Origin: Phoronis australis
Lineage: Eukaryota > Animalia > Phoronida
Reading direction: 5' to 3'
Assembly: GCA_002633005.1 (NCBI GenBank)
Contig: NMRA01000492.1
Location: 124,001 to 188,000, forward strand
Length of the DNA stretch: 64,000 nucleotides
This document shows, one piece after another, positions 27,201 to 42,200 of the stretch. Under the pieces are notes generated by a model. That model had not been told where the DNA came from. It saw nothing but the letters and a program-made list of their open reading frames with translations, and did not search any database. A program made the position numbers and the translations under genes. The stretch's first letter is position 1. Each line of letters begins with the position of its first letter.

Positions 27201-30200
27201 GTAGTGATTGGGATTAGTGTTATTTTTTGTACTTTCTGTGTAAAAATGATGAGGTCGTGACCAACGAGGGAAAATACTGGGTAACTGTAGCTGTTTATGA
27301 ACTACGAAAAATAGATCGATCCTTAAATTTTTTAACTGTGTCATGAAATGTTGTGGAAGATAAACTGACATTGTAAAATATGTTTGGTGTGGTAGGTTGT
27401 TCAGTGGAGTGTAAAGTATCAAGAAGACTTGTGTGTGCATTTTGCCTTGTGGCTCATTCATCAGTGATTAATTACTCCTGCAGTGTGTCCAAATTATCCA
27501 TCTTCATAAGTGTCTTGTTGGTCTCTTGTAATGTGTCTGCTATGTCGGCACCTATCTCATCTGTGTTCTCTTGATATGAACTGTGAGGGCTCTGTGTGAG
27601 CACTGATTCATGGTCAATGGTGGATAACATTAAGCCTAGGAATTATTACTTTGATATAAGCTTGTCTGGTATTATTTAACTGAATGTTGCCAATCAAGAG
27701 ATGTGTTCTGGTTTTCTGGTATAGATGCGCAATGTTAAAATTTGTTTTTTCTGTAGAGGCCATAGAATATTTATTGTGTAGATTAGCAACCCACCTCTGG
27801 TTTACATGTGACTTGGTCCAAGATATTTTAAGAGTAATTTTGCAGCTTTTGAAACTTTGTTATCGCAACATTGTCGAGTCATCATTGTTGGCCGGTGGCA
27901 TGTTCAAATGGTTTGCGAAAAAAGTCCGGTCTTCGCTAAATTTAGGTGTATGAAAGAAATTGTGTTTCGTCTCAGTTATCTCTGCAGGTGTTGACCGCCA
28001 GATTTTATCATGGGTCAAACAGAAGCCACTTTTGTGCTATCACAATGCTAGAGAGGTCTATGTGGAATGTTTGATATTGGTCATGGTCCTTAAATTTTGC
28101 TCATGCACATGGAATAAATCATTAATAGCTTGATAACTGAATAGCATGGCCTTTTATTATAGAGGTCTAAGTGAGTAATTACTTGCTTGATGTCCTAGGT
28201 GTAGTCTTTGTAATAATATCTCAGCATGGGATGTCCATAAAGTTGATGAGGTCACTGTTGTTGACTCACTTTGATGGTATTTTATTTCTGCTATGCATGT
28301 AAGGCTCATTCTTGTATTTGAAATATCTAGGGACACCATAGGATTTGTATCTGTACTTGCATCCTGATAATAGGGGCGGAAATGTATTGATTGGCCTTAA
28401 TAACAATTGATTTTCTACCATTTTAAGAAGAATCGTCTCCAATTAGACTTCGAGTATAATACAGGCAGTTACGGTAACAATGTCTTGTGTCTCCTGTAGG
28501 CAAAGTTGTGCTCTGACCAAAAAAGTAAAGCTGTGTTCTCAGTTTTACCGGTGGTGACCTGTGCCAAGACAGGTCATTGGTCATGTGATACACTTCTCAT
28601 CTTCCACACTCTCCTAGAGACCTTGGTTTTCTGTTTTCAAAAACAGAGAAATACATTTTTAAACTAACATAATATTCTGTTTTTTTTCTTTCTGTAAAAT
28701 GTCAAATTCTGTTTTGCTGTTTCAAAGAGATGAATAGCATAAAAATTACCCAAGAATTGCATTATTTTTTCAGCTCACTTGTGTCACAGCTCTGTTTTGT
28801 TTCTCTGATAACTTGCTGCGTGCCATATTAATTGTTTCTCAAAGCTGGAAAAGGACTGCACCTTTTGCATAAGGAACTTGTCTACTGAAAAACTATCGTC
28901 TATCGATTTGTGGCCAAAATACATTGAATTTCATGGATCATATATTCTTAATTTTTGGTCATCATAAACCAAAAAATAGGTTTGTGTCTGCTGCTGTAAT
29001 ATGGAAATTCTGTTCGAAATCCAATTCCAGGAAAGAGGTCACATTGATAAAGCAATACCTTTGATGTCACTCGTTTTTTATGAAAAATGAGAAAATAGAA
29101 TTTCACTATTCCACTAAGAGACTTAAGAGCAATTAAGGTGTTGGAAATATTTGAGCAAGCAGGTGACCCCCTTTAATGATGCAGCCAATCAGGTTTCTCT
29201 GTTTCCTCGTTTCCAGGACAACCACGCTGCCCAGATCAACACAGCTGAGCACAGCACAGAGAATCTCCAACAGGAGTCGGAACAGCCGCCCTCGGCAACG
29301 CTAGAAAAACAGAAGAAGGCGTCGCCTAAGAAATCGCCGGCAAAATCCTCTGGCAAGATGGCCAAGGTCAAGGTACAACTCCTCGACGGTTCTGACCTCG
29401 AGGAGACCATTGATGTGAGTAGCCATAGTAACGTGCTTGAAGTTTTTGCATTTAAACTGAAAAGTGTGTAATTATAGATTAAACTCCCACTTTAAAAGTC
29501 CTGAGGATCTGTGAAAGTGTTGCCTTTCTTTTCCAATCCGTAAATGAGGAAATAATCGAGTGGCATTTTCAGATATTCGAAGGTTACTTGATATGTCATG
29601 GAGGCTTTTTCAGTCCAGTTTGTCACACAAGAAACATTTCGTCTTAAACAATAACGTAGCCGACAAGTTTTCACTCCGCTTTCAAGCACCGATTCAGTGG
29701 ATTTGGCTGAAATCCGAAATTTTTAACAGCATGTAAAATCAGTCTAGAAATCGTTTTACCAGCCCCCAAGGGTGTGCAACGTATATTGCAAAAACGCGAC
29801 GAACCTGATGGAAAATACGGGAATACTACCCAGAAATGAAACTGGCGTTTTTTCTTCAGTTTTCAAGTTAACAAAATAGCTCGTACAGGGCTCGACGCTT
29901 AGCTTCACATCAAGTTACCAAATACAACCTGGCAAAATTCTTAGGGTGCCTGGTGGAAACTGAGGCCGCCAAATTTTCGTTGACAAGAGCGAACATGAAA
30001 GAAATCAGTTACCTGAAACGAAAAATCTGCAAACTCGGCGAATGCCCAACATCGTTCGGAGGAGTATCAAATAAATATTTTTATTGTTCAAAATTGGTGA
30101 CTGTATTTACACGCTGCCAGATTTGGAAACAAAAAAGAAATTGGCTTTGTAACCCAAACATGAACTTGTAAGGTCGTGTGTGAGAAGTTGCATGACAATA

Positions 30201-33200
30201 TGGCAACAATGAAAATATCACCATCACAGTTTGAAGCAGCTCCTGTGCTTGGAATTGTTTTGTCAAGTTGATAATCTTTGACTGGCAGTTGGTTCTATCC
30301 TTTCACACTCTTACAAAGATTTAAATTCCAACCCAACAGATGTGTTTGGTGTAGCTGCTGCTGCTGAGAGTGAGAAGCCTAGTTGTGTGATTTTGATTCT
30401 CTGCATGATCTGGAATCAATGCATTTGTTTTCTTAGCCTCCAACTGTTTCAGCAAATCACAATCTGTGACATTTAGAAGTGACCTCCATTGCAGCAGGTT
30501 TCTCTGTGGTGTTAAGGTCAGACACATACCCACTTGTACATTTTATCTCAAAGCTCCATGCAGCTTAATCTTAAAAAATCCATTACTTTGGTTCTTGTTT
30601 AGGAGTGGAATCAATTTTTTAATACCACCAGTTTAAAAGCTTTCCTATTCACATAATATAACACAGTGAACCATGTGTAGTTAGTACTTGTTTCAGTGGA
30701 GTGATTCACAGCCACCAGTTTGATTTGTAACAGTTTTAAGTAGACAGACTCTTCAGAAGTACAGTTGCACGAGACTTCAAAAAGGCAATTATTTGGGTCC
30801 AAAGTTTGAACGTTTTGAATATGTCCACCTGGAAGTGTTAAAGCACGGTGTCACGAATTATTAAAGAAGCCTTCTCAATTAACATGAAATGTGTCTGTGA
30901 AGTGCACTGTCATTGGTTATTGTACAACTGTTTATGGTAAAAGGATGCTGCTGGGTATAATGAACAACTCGTTAACCTGTCGTGGGTTGTTTGCAGAAAA
31001 ATGCTGTTGGTCAAGACCTCCTGAACAAGGTGTGCGATCACTTAAATCTGGTGGAAAAAGACTATTTCGCCCTCTCCTACGACGATGCCAACATCACAGT
31101 GAGTAAAGTGCCTTTGAGTTTTGACCGCAAGGTTGTGGGTTCAGTAATAAGTGGAAACATTAATCACAATTAATGGCTGTTTACTTTTTGTTCAAAATAA
31201 CTTAAGCAAAATGAAAATCAAAAAATAACTACAAGAAAAGGTTGGCCAAAATGGAGACACAAGATCGGGAAATGTGTAATAATGAAAACTTGTGTTATAA
31301 GAAGCTGTAGTGTCTAAGTTGAGGTAACTGTCCTAAATAACAGAGCTTCAAAGGTGGGTTTTCCAAAAGTGACCAGTATGAAGCCTTTCGTTTCAAAGTT
31401 TCATCTGCTAATCACCTGGATGTGAACATTCTCTGGAACATCTCATGGAATGCAGGCAGACACCCAGTGCAACCTAATCTAGCCCTGGACAATTTCTTAA
31501 AGAATGTGAAATAAGACACCTAGACGGACATGCAGAGTAATTAATAGACTGAACAGTGATATATCCATATCATCCCAAGTAATCCCCCTATCCCCTCCGT
31601 GGTAGTTGGAAGGCATGCAGCAACGGGTTGCCATCTACAAATGTTGATTATTGCAACAGATGAAATTCTATGATCACTAACAGCGTTTGCCCAAAACCAA
31701 ATCACCATTGAGGGCTTGTCTAAATATTTGAAGAGCTCAACCGCCAACATTTGTTTGTTATCTTTTACCGTCTGACCTCATGCCGAGATGTAGTGTGATT
31801 AACATGGGCATGATATCCATTCATAAAGAATGATGTGGCGCGCTTGCGATATGAGGGTTAAGATTAACGGATTTATCACCCACTCTGTATTGAGGTGAGA
31901 AATAGGTCGTGTGGCGGGTGCTATGCGCTTGGGATTTCAAGTTAATGTCTTGGGAAGGAGTGGAATTGATTACGACGGGGGGAGGTCCGCTCATTAAAAA
32001 TCGCATCAGAAGGCACCGGCATCTTCCCCTTTGGTGAGCGAGGGACCTGAATTTATCCACGACGTGTAGTGGGTATTTTCAATGCCCCAGGTGGATTGAA
32101 ACAAGGTTTAAAAAGTGATAGAATTTGTTCAATGTTCATTTATAGTGTGCTGTTGTGTTAAGTCATGAGTTTGGACAGCCTGTTTCTGTGTTGGAGTACA
32201 CACCTTTCAACACAGAATTGACTCGAGAGATGAGAAACAGGATTTCATGAGATTCGTAAAGACGTAGCCAGTTATACACCAGACAGGTCCCCATTAATAA
32301 TATACTGCTCAGGCAGGCTGTGTTGATATACACTAGCCAGGTGCACATAATAGCAGAGACTGGCCACGCACGCAGTATATCATACCTGGTGAGGTAGACA
32401 GTATCATCTACAATGACTAGTGAACTAGACATGTTTAACACTCGTGTAATACAAGTTCCCTGTTGTTGACTCATGGTTCTCGAGAACTAGGTGAACTGAA
32501 GTTAAGATAACTGAAGAAGGAGGGCATCAAAGGCTCTGCACCTGTTACCTATCAGTTCTGCTCTTGTCTAACCATTCTTGTCTACTCTGCCAAGTTCTCC
32601 GTTACAGAATTTTCATGTTTTCTAGCCACATGACACAAGTAGTTCACGTTTCAGTATGAAGCACTGACTGGTATTTTGCCATAACATCAAAACGAAGTTA
32701 CTGTCGCCGTTTGTCTTCATTTGTGATTGTTTTTGGTGTTTCGTGTTGGTTATTACAAAATTATTAAAAAACATTTGTTAAATTTTTAATAAAACAACAA
32801 AAATGGATCACTGCAATATTCGGATACAATAGCATCCTTCGTCAACGGAAACAGAAATAAAGTAAAATCAAACACTGCATGACAAATGACATCTGATATA
32901 TGGCGTAATGAGCGTAATGTAACATGTATCATTTTCATTACGCCACATATCAGATGTCAATTGTCATATATTCTACTTTTCGACATGCAAATGTATCCTT
33001 TAGAGGATCTGGATTGCCTCTTTTAGTTTCGGATTTATTTTCTACGTTAAATTTGAAACGTTTATTCCACTAACATTAGACACAAAAATAGCAAATTGGC
33101 GAAATTTAGCTGCTATTTTTTCCCAAACTGAAATCTCGCGCGTTTGCTTACCGCTCTGTTGCGTAGAAATTTATCTCATTTAAAAATAAAAGACCTTAAG

Positions 33201-36200
33201 CAAAAACCTTGTCTAATGTCAGGGTCCAAACACTGCTGAGATTCAAAGGATTGCTTTTCCTATAGATTTGTTATACAATAATTTTAACAGGCTATGGGTA
33301 GGAGACCATATGGTTATGGCTTCCAGTTCACCAACCAAGGCTTGGAATTTTTCACTTTTTAGAGGATTTACTCTTTTGGTTTCAATTTCCTCTTGATTTC
33401 AAGATTCCTCCTTTTTCATCCCTTTTTGCTATTATTTTGATTTCATTGTTGCAAAAACGTTTATTTCAGTGAAATTTTATGACGCAAAAAGTGTTTCTGT
33501 CACACAAATCTATTTGTGAAACGATACATCACCTTGAAAATTTTCCTCTTTTTTGTTTGCCATTGGTCATTCCAAACCCTGACCAACTAAGAACATGAAT
33601 TTACCGTCAGGCAGCAGTGGTGTTGAGCAGAACATGACTTGTTTGGATAACCAGTCATGGTTCGAAGGCCACCTAGTCATTTGGTGTCAGAAATAGAATA
33701 CTGGAATCCCTGCATTCCATTTTTTTAAATTTGCTTGACAAAAACATCACATTTATTTAAATCTCAAATGTCATGCAAATGTTAATTTTAAAACCCAATT
33801 ACCGAGCGTATGCCGCAAGCATTGAACACTAAAGTTACAAAGCAATTACTGTTTAAAAGGTAAATGAAAAAAAGCAAAGTAGGAAGGTATCTTGTCAGGG
33901 TGTAGAAACAGTCCATTGGCCAACCTTGTAAATATTCTGGCTAATCGTGTGTGAGTTGCATTCTGTTGATGTGTTGTTTTTATCTGTGGGCATGGTTTTA
34001 ACAGGGTTTAAGCAGTTGTCTCAGAGGTCCAGTTGAGTGTCTTGAGTCCAGGCACTAGATTTCACTTTGGCTTCATTGTTTACAGAGTTCAACCATTGGT
34101 TTTTGTACATCGTTTCCTCTGTATGTATTTAATTGCACTCAGTCTAGCCTAAATTGAAATAAATTTACAAAAGTCTGTTGACATTGGTTTAGAGATCCCG
34201 TCATGTCACTGCTTCTCTACCCTGCTGTTGATGTTCGTTCTGATAATTTTAAGGTCAGCAGGAGTTGACACTCTCCAATGTGCTAGCTAGTTTTTGTTTG
34301 CCTAAGTAGTCTGGATTGAACCTCTTCAAAATCACATTATGTACATGTTGTCAGCTGTTTTAGACATAAAGGCTGCTTGATCATGCTTACCAGACAGGCT
34401 GGCCTCTGGTCATTTAAATGTTTTTTGTTCCCATGACAATTCTGCCAAATGTGGTTGTTGGGGGTGGTGAGTTACTTACCGCTTGCTGATAATTATCCCC
34501 GTATTACCTTTTGGTTGTCACGGCGATGGTATCGATAACAAGGTCACATCTCTGGTGAATTAAATATGCATGTGTTTTTTACGTTCATGTGAGATGTCTT
34601 AACTGCTCTACTTTTTGCATTCATTTTTTATTGTGACTGGAATTGCTATTACACTGCGATAAGTGGAACGTAAGCTCCAGGTGATGTGATTAGCTAGTTC
34701 AAATGAATTTGTTGTCGTAGGATTCCTATTCAATAACCAAGTGTGAAAAACAGTTACTGGCAACCATTGTTCAAGCAAAAATCTCTAAAATTCAATATTG
34801 AAAAATTTTCAAGCTTGACTAAGGTTAAGTGTAGTGACTACCTCATGTTGATCTTAACCAATAAACAGTTGGCTACGGTGACTTGCCAGTTAGCTATAGT
34901 GACTTGTCAGTTAGCTACGGTGACTTGTCAGCTACAGTGACTTGGCAGTTTGCTACAGTGACTTGTCAGTTAGCTACGGTGACTTGTCAGTTAGCTACGG
35001 TGACTTGTCAATTAGCTACAGTGACTTGTCAGTTAGCTACAGTGACTCGTCAGTTTGGCCAATTTATGACAAAGTCAGCTGAGTAAAAAAAATATTTTAC
35101 AATCTTCAAGGGTGTGCATTATATATAGGCTGCTGTTGTTTCATCAGATGGCACATTTGTGGTGCTGTCTAGCTGGTGAAGTGTCTTGACCTGTTATCGA
35201 TTGTCACATCCCGTTGAAAGGGCAACTATGATAAAAGGTTGTCAGGTGTCCCCACAGCTAGGTCGCCTATAGTGGTTCGAAGGTGAAGTGGACTGTCTCC
35301 TAGATATCTGTTCTTATCGCTGACTGATAATTTTCCCTGTATGATTTCAGTACTGGTTGGCTAACGACAAGAAAATTAGCAAGCAATTGAGATGTGAGTA
35401 TATTTTTGTTTCATTCTGCAGTTTCCTTAATTGTAGAGTGAGAACATTTGCTGTTGCAGCACAGCCAACGTATTGTTCAGTTAATGTAGAATGGAGCTGT
35501 ACAGTGTGCCATGCTCGCTAGATAATGGAGCTGTACTGTGTGACAGTGTGCCATGCTCCCTAGATAATGGAGCTGTACAGTGTGACAGTGTGCCATGCTC
35601 CCTAGATAATGGAGCTGTACAGTGTAACTGTGCCATGCTCCCTAGATAATGGAGCTGTACTGCGTGGCAGTGTGCCATGCTCCCTAGATAATCGAGCTAT
35701 ACAGTGTGACAGTGTGCCATGCTCCCTAGATAATGGAGCTGCATTTCCATGGCGGTTAGCTACAAAAATTTAGTGAGCTCACGAAATTGATCTCGTAGTA
35801 TTCCTGTCCATGATTGGACTTTATTCCCATTGCTAACATGAAAATCGAAGTCCTCAGTGACCCAGGAAAAGGTTTCAGTGTGTATGGGAGTTCGACGACC
35901 CGAAAATTACAAAATTAGAAAATTGCACGTGCTCCTGTTGCCTGTGACTTTTAATTGCTCGATCAGGAACAATTATAGATGAGCGGATGAGTGTGGTAAT
36001 GTTTTTGAAGCCTATCTTGGAACAGTAACACCTGTAAGTTTGGTTCCTAACAGTAGATTATCAAATATAACTAACTGTTAGGAGTATTGGTTTGCTTTTG
36101 TCTACGTCACCACCAGAATCGCATTTTATTTAAACCAGCCGCGAATAACACCCACGTGCAATGGTGTTCTCTTCAGACGTCTATTCAATCAACTGTTATC

Positions 36201-39200
36201 GGCCTTCTGTTGTTTGTGCTGGGATCTCGCGGTGACACAACATGATTCGAAAAAGCAACTACACCTTTCATTTGATGGGTCTACATTTATTTGTGTGATA
36301 AAACTCTCGTTTTCTTATTTTGATAAAGGCTTTGCTGGAACTGACTACCTGGTTAGCACAATACGTCTAGAATAACAAAATTTCTTTGAACTTAGGTTTT
36401 AAACCCCAAAACGCTTCAGTTAAGAATAACCTCAAAGGTTCATTCTTTAAAACAACAACAATAACAACTATTAGGCAGTTAAACTCGACGCCAGTCATCA
36501 GTTCAAATCTCAATTTAGATACATGGTTAGGTCAGTTGATGATACGAACACCTGCACTGTGTTATCGGTTCTCTGATATTCTATTTCAAATGCCAGTGTT
36601 TTGACATGGAAATCAGAGAATTGGAGGCGACTTACCACACTGTCTGGGGATCCACACGAGTCAATGGTCTGATCTAACTATCACAATTGACTAGATGTAA
36701 GGAGCTTGAACGCGTGCCTTAATGCTCCCCTCTTCCATTGCAGCGACCCCATGGGTATTAGCCTTCCAAGTGAAGTTCTACCCGCCAGATCCAGCCTCGT
36801 TAGTGGAGGATATCACACGCTATCAACTGTGTCTTCAAGTTAGAAAAGATGTCTTGGATGGAAAGTAAGTGATTTGTTGGTATCATTGGCCTTGTTGTCA
36901 TTGAAGGTAACGAAACTGTGCCGTGCGTCTGTTATGCTTGTGTCTAGCTAATTATAGATGGTGCTGTAGGTCCACTGTTATAACTAATTGTCACAACTAC
37001 TCTGGTTTCCTGGCATGGGGCTTACTTTGTTTCCTCATTTATAAATTCCCATGTAGATAATAAAACGCCACTGATAACCATTTTCGAAACACCTCCATGT
37101 CTTGGAATTGAGTTGTGTGCCAAATTTGAGTCGTTAAGTACCGTTAGACGTTGTTGCATATGTTAGCTTTTCTGTTTGCTCTTGAATATCAGTCGTGGTT
37201 GTTATTGTGACATGTTTGTACAAGGTTCTGTAAGGTTAGACATGGTTAAGTCATCCCGAGATTCACTTATTGGTAAGATTGAAAGGACTTGTCAAAGACA
37301 TCATTGGTGGTTTGCAGTCCTATTTCTTGTCGCGTGCTGATCAGGGTAACGGTCTCGTCAGTAATATTACTGTGTGCTTTCCTGTGTTTCACTCAGCCTT
37401 CTTTATTCCTAGACTGCCATGTTCGTTCGTGACGCATGCCCTGCTGGGCTCCTACACTGTCCAATCAGAGCTGGGCGACTATGATGTGGGGGAACACGGC
37501 ATCGGCATCGGTTATATCCAAGACTTCCACTTTGCACCCAAACAGACCACCGAACTGTTGGAAAAGATTTCAGACCTCCACAGAACCCACAAGTACGTGT
37601 ACATTTGTTATTGGATGTATGGTTTATGTGCTGTAGTTAATCTTGTATTATAATTGAATGTTTTCTTTCGTTTGAAATCTTGATTTAAACATCTTTATTT
37701 AGATTCTTTCTGAAGGTGTCTCTGGAAACCATATAGAGAAGTTTTGGAGTTTCTTGTCTTGTACGACTTTCAGTCCAGCCTGGTAGATGATGTTACCAAT
37801 GTACAGTTTGTCTTTGTTACAAGTACTTTTACGTACTGATGTGTAATGGTGATTTCATCGCATTCATTATGAGCTGTTCTGCTGGGGCATATCTGTAGAG
37901 TCGCTGGCGTATCCGTGTGAATGTCCATTTAGTTTAGGTGAAATAAGTGTGCGCCTTTGTTTCCTTGCAGGGGCCAGAAGCCCAACGAGGCTGAGCTGCA
38001 TTACCTGGAAAACGGCAAGAAATTGGCTATGTACGGTGTGGACATGCACCCGACGAAGGTGAGGAGGGGGAGGTGACTATACACACTGGGGGCTGCTGCA
38101 GTAGGGATAGTCTGGATATGACTGTGGTCAAACTTTTTAGTCAATAACTTTACTTATTTTTAAATCTGAAAATATGTGTCCAGTGTTCAGGAACTTTCTA
38201 GAAACAGCACGACTCTCGATATTAAATCAAAAGTCAAAAAGTGAAGGCTAATAAAAAAAATCTGAGACATGGTTTTGGCATTGAAAGTGGGAAAGTTCAA
38301 ACACGGCTTACATATGTGGACTTTCAAGACATCGTGTTCAGAAGTTAGAAGTCTTGCTAAAATCGTGATTTCATGTAACCAGTCGAACACCACAATTTTG
38401 TTCTCTATTTCTGTCACGAAGAAGGCTCGCTGGTCTCGACTTTTGATGTAGTAATGTATTTAAGTTTTATTCTTTCGTTGATGTTTTCAAAACTGTAAAA
38501 TTCATCAAAATAGTGAAAGTAATAAACGAATGTTGACACTATTAACTGAAGTGTGTTTTTCTTTTGCGATCAAGTGATTCACTGAAAGCCGAGTTATATC
38601 TAGATCAACAAGTCACCTACGAGTGATTCACAGTCAATGTTGATTCTGCACCAAAATGAATGGCCTGAAACTGAATAGAGATTTGATGAACTCGTTGGGC
38701 GGTTTCTAATCCAGGCAATCCCTTGACTAGGGCAAGGACTTGGCGTAGAATCATGACAAAAAATTTCCCACACAGTTTGGCTTCTGCGTGGTATAACCAA
38801 TGAAAATGCTCAAAACTAAATATTATATGCATAGCTGATTTATTCAACGCAGTGGGAGGTTGGGCTTGTACTGTGGGAAATTTCTGGCTGAAGATTTGAT
38901 TTGATTGACAAACCTGGTGTTTTCCGAACAGCTTTTCAAAAGTATCAATTTTCTCTGTAAAACAAACTACCTGTGGTATCAAATAAATGTATAGGATTCT
39001 CTAACATGTTTTACTGTATGCACAACCACTGCTTTTAAAGCAGATTCACAATTTCAGTTTTTGTGATTGGTTAAGTGGTAAACTTTCTAAACATTTTCCA
39101 TTTTGTTTGTTGATTTATCATTGAGTAAACTCATTGGTTGCCACTAAATGTTGGCTCCCACCAGATGTCACTCTCTTTATGGATGGTAAATTTATTCATA

Positions 39201-42200
39201 GTTGCATATGACGTTTGTTTCAGGACTCTGAGGGTGTCGAAATCATGATCGGTGTCTGCGCCAGCGGCCTTCTCATCTACCGTGACAAGCTGCGCATCAA
39301 CCGGTTTTCGTGGCCGAAAATTCTCAAGATTTCGTACAAGCGAAACAACTTCTACATCAAGATTAGACCTGGAGAGGTACGAAGCAAGATTCACTTTGTG
39401 ACGCATAAAATTGTCTGATGCGTTGGTACATTTACACAAAAGTGTTTGAAGTACCATTTGTGTTGGAAGCTTTGATAGAAAGAGAGGTTAATTATAATTT
39501 GAGTAGGAACTGTATCGAGATAATTTGTATAAGCGATTGTGCAAATGTGGCAAAGAGCAGATGCTGTTATATATTAAGCAATTCATTATCTTTGTAGCTA
39601 ATTAGTCATTGCATTGCTAATTAGTCATGTTAAGCTAGTTGACACTTCTAGTTTTCCTGGATTGTAGTCTGGCTGGGGTACCTAATTGTACGCATTCTTT
39701 TGTTTGCAAAACTGTCTCGAAGTCGTTTTAACTCTGTTCGAAGTCTTAATTAATCTGCGCAAGCCTGAATTATCTGGTCCAAGTGATTTCGTCTAAGGAG
39801 GAATTTGGCTTCTTTTAAAAAAAGCCGAGTGAAGGAATTATATCAACAAAGGAGAAAATCTTAGCTTGGGATCATTGAAAAACCAACTTTCATTTGTGCA
39901 CACCCAACTTAGGTGACTTCGACTGCTGCGAGTTATATAACGTATATGATGTGTGTTAAGTGTCTGTTGCGTAGGTGTATATCTTCTGGTGTCTGGTTTC
40001 AGTTTGAGCAATTCGAGAGCACCATTGCCTTCAAGTGCCCTAACCACAAACAAGCAAAGAGACTGTGGAAGACAGCAGTGGAGCATCATACTTTCTTTAG
40101 GTGGGTGCTGCCACCTGGTGTGCCGTTCATGTAAAGTGTGTAAAGCTGCTTAATGGTGCAATAAACTGGTTCTCACTCAAGACGAAGCTCATTGAGCAGA
40201 TTGTCGGGGAAGGGAGGTTAGCTTCTTCAGTAGAAGCAATATGGCCAACACTGAATTCCAGGCACCTTTTTGTAATCAACTTCAGTTCAAACAAAGGACA
40301 AGTACGTGATTATATTACTTTTAAAGGGCAAAGGCACCTTTGAGAAAGTTTGATATTGGCGACAAAACATGGTTTATGGAGGTTTTAATTGTGAAATCAG
40401 AATTAAGATTAACCCTGTCAGACTGGACGTGAAATTCCCTTGCCATAATAGTTTCTGTTTTCAAAATTCAACCAAAATTAGGACCTGGGATTGCTTTAAA
40501 GCACTCTTATTTCGGGAGCGCTGGCCAACCTTTCATTTTCTCAACTGTTCTTTTCTTCCGTTAATACTTTGGATGCTTTCCCTGGAATTCAAAGTAAAAT
40601 TCTGTTCTGATTTTTGGACGGTTGATCAAGAGAAAATGCGAGCATAAGCTCTGAATAATTTTAATTACGATACATGCCTCAATTATATGTTGTTCGGTGT
40701 TGTTGCTGGACTTGGTGGTGTTCCCTGTTACAGAATGAAAGAGCCGGAAGTGCCCAAGAAGACCGGACTCTTCCCGGGCTTCGGCTCGCGCTACCGGTAC
40801 TCCGGCCGAACCCAGCACCAGACGCAACAGTCGGTCATTGACAGGGACGCACCCACAGTGAAACGGGGCGGGCCAACTCACAGCAGTATGGACGGTACGT
40901 AGATATTAATGTCATAATTGTTAACATTAATAACTGGTTGTTGATTTTACGAGTCTTTGATTGTTAACAATGTATTGTAGTATTGTCAGGAATATGTTTT
41001 TCTCAGATGTCTTACGGAACTAATGTCGGACGAATCTGTTCTGTAGGAAAAAGAGAAATCAGCTTGGTGAATACCGGTTTACGTTTCAAAAACTCTTGTA
41101 TAAGGACTGTGACCAGTTACGCATTTGCAAGACGTTGCTGACTTAGAAGTTAATTTTATTCAACTCTGTCTACAGTAGCAGCTGTCTCCAAAGTGATGCT
41201 GAAAAGTGTCTGACCAAACTGAATTATCGTTATTAGTGTTGTTTTTCTACACGAACATTTTGATTCCCTGACGAGGTTGTTGCATCGTGAACTGTTGTGG
41301 CATGTACAAAGCTGTACAACTGTCCCCTGTTCGACACGGAAACTGCTACTTTCTCGTTTTCGTTGTTGACTAAAATCATGGCAGTATTTAAGACGGCAGA
41401 AACCCAAAATGATTTTTGTTTTTGTGTTTAGTCCACTGGCTGTTATAAACATTCTCGCCGTGTTCCTTACTTGAATTAAAGATGATTTCAAGGGCAGAGG
41501 AGAACTGACCGATTGTTATTGCTTCAGACTATTTAACTTGCTTGTTGCGGTGGGGCTAGTTTCAGACAGTGTGCCCTATTAGGGAATTCCATGAGATTAA
41601 GTGTGGCCCAATTTCATTTCAAACAAGGGATAGGAATGCATTTGACAATGTTTGTGAAGAAAGTTTTTTTTTTTACTCTAGAACGTGGTTTATAGTGGGT
41701 AGCTTAAATCTGGGTTAAACTGTAGTATCCTGACTCTAAAACATTGATTTGTTGAGTAGAATTCAACTTATTTGACCTGTTTATGTATTGTTGTGTTGAG
41801 GAGACAGGTAATACGTCTGTTAAAGGAGTCGCCAGAGTTTTTCTCCTCCATTTTAATCACGTACCCAACCGTCGCTGCCTTTACAGAACTCCATCAATTC
41901 GCTCCTGGAAGCAACGAAAGTCTAGACATGGCCGAGCGAAGCGCCACATTACCAGGTTGTTAGCCCATCTGCCCCCATATGCCAGCATTCTGTACTAATA
42001 GGTTGCCCAATGCATGCACTTTGTCATTCCACTATTAGACAGTTTGTTCAGTTTACATTGACCGCATGGATAGTCTAGTTAATAAACAGAACTTAATACT
42101 CCGAGTCTTGTCTTGTCCAATAGCATGTCTAGTTATGCTACAGTTCTAGTGGTTTAACTCCAAGATTATGCAGGGTTCCCATTGTGGCTATTAAACTCTG

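Noticed and set aside
9236-29216. Nested protein-coding gene or autonomous transposon in the 20-kb intron
   Set aside because: The ORFs are short and lack recognisable domains. No transposase or reverse-transcriptase motifs were seen.
34743-35678. ORFs with LATVTCQ or [10 protein letters not shown] repeats
   Set aside because: Translations of minisatellites. No fitting splice sites, and the FERM frame is complete without them.
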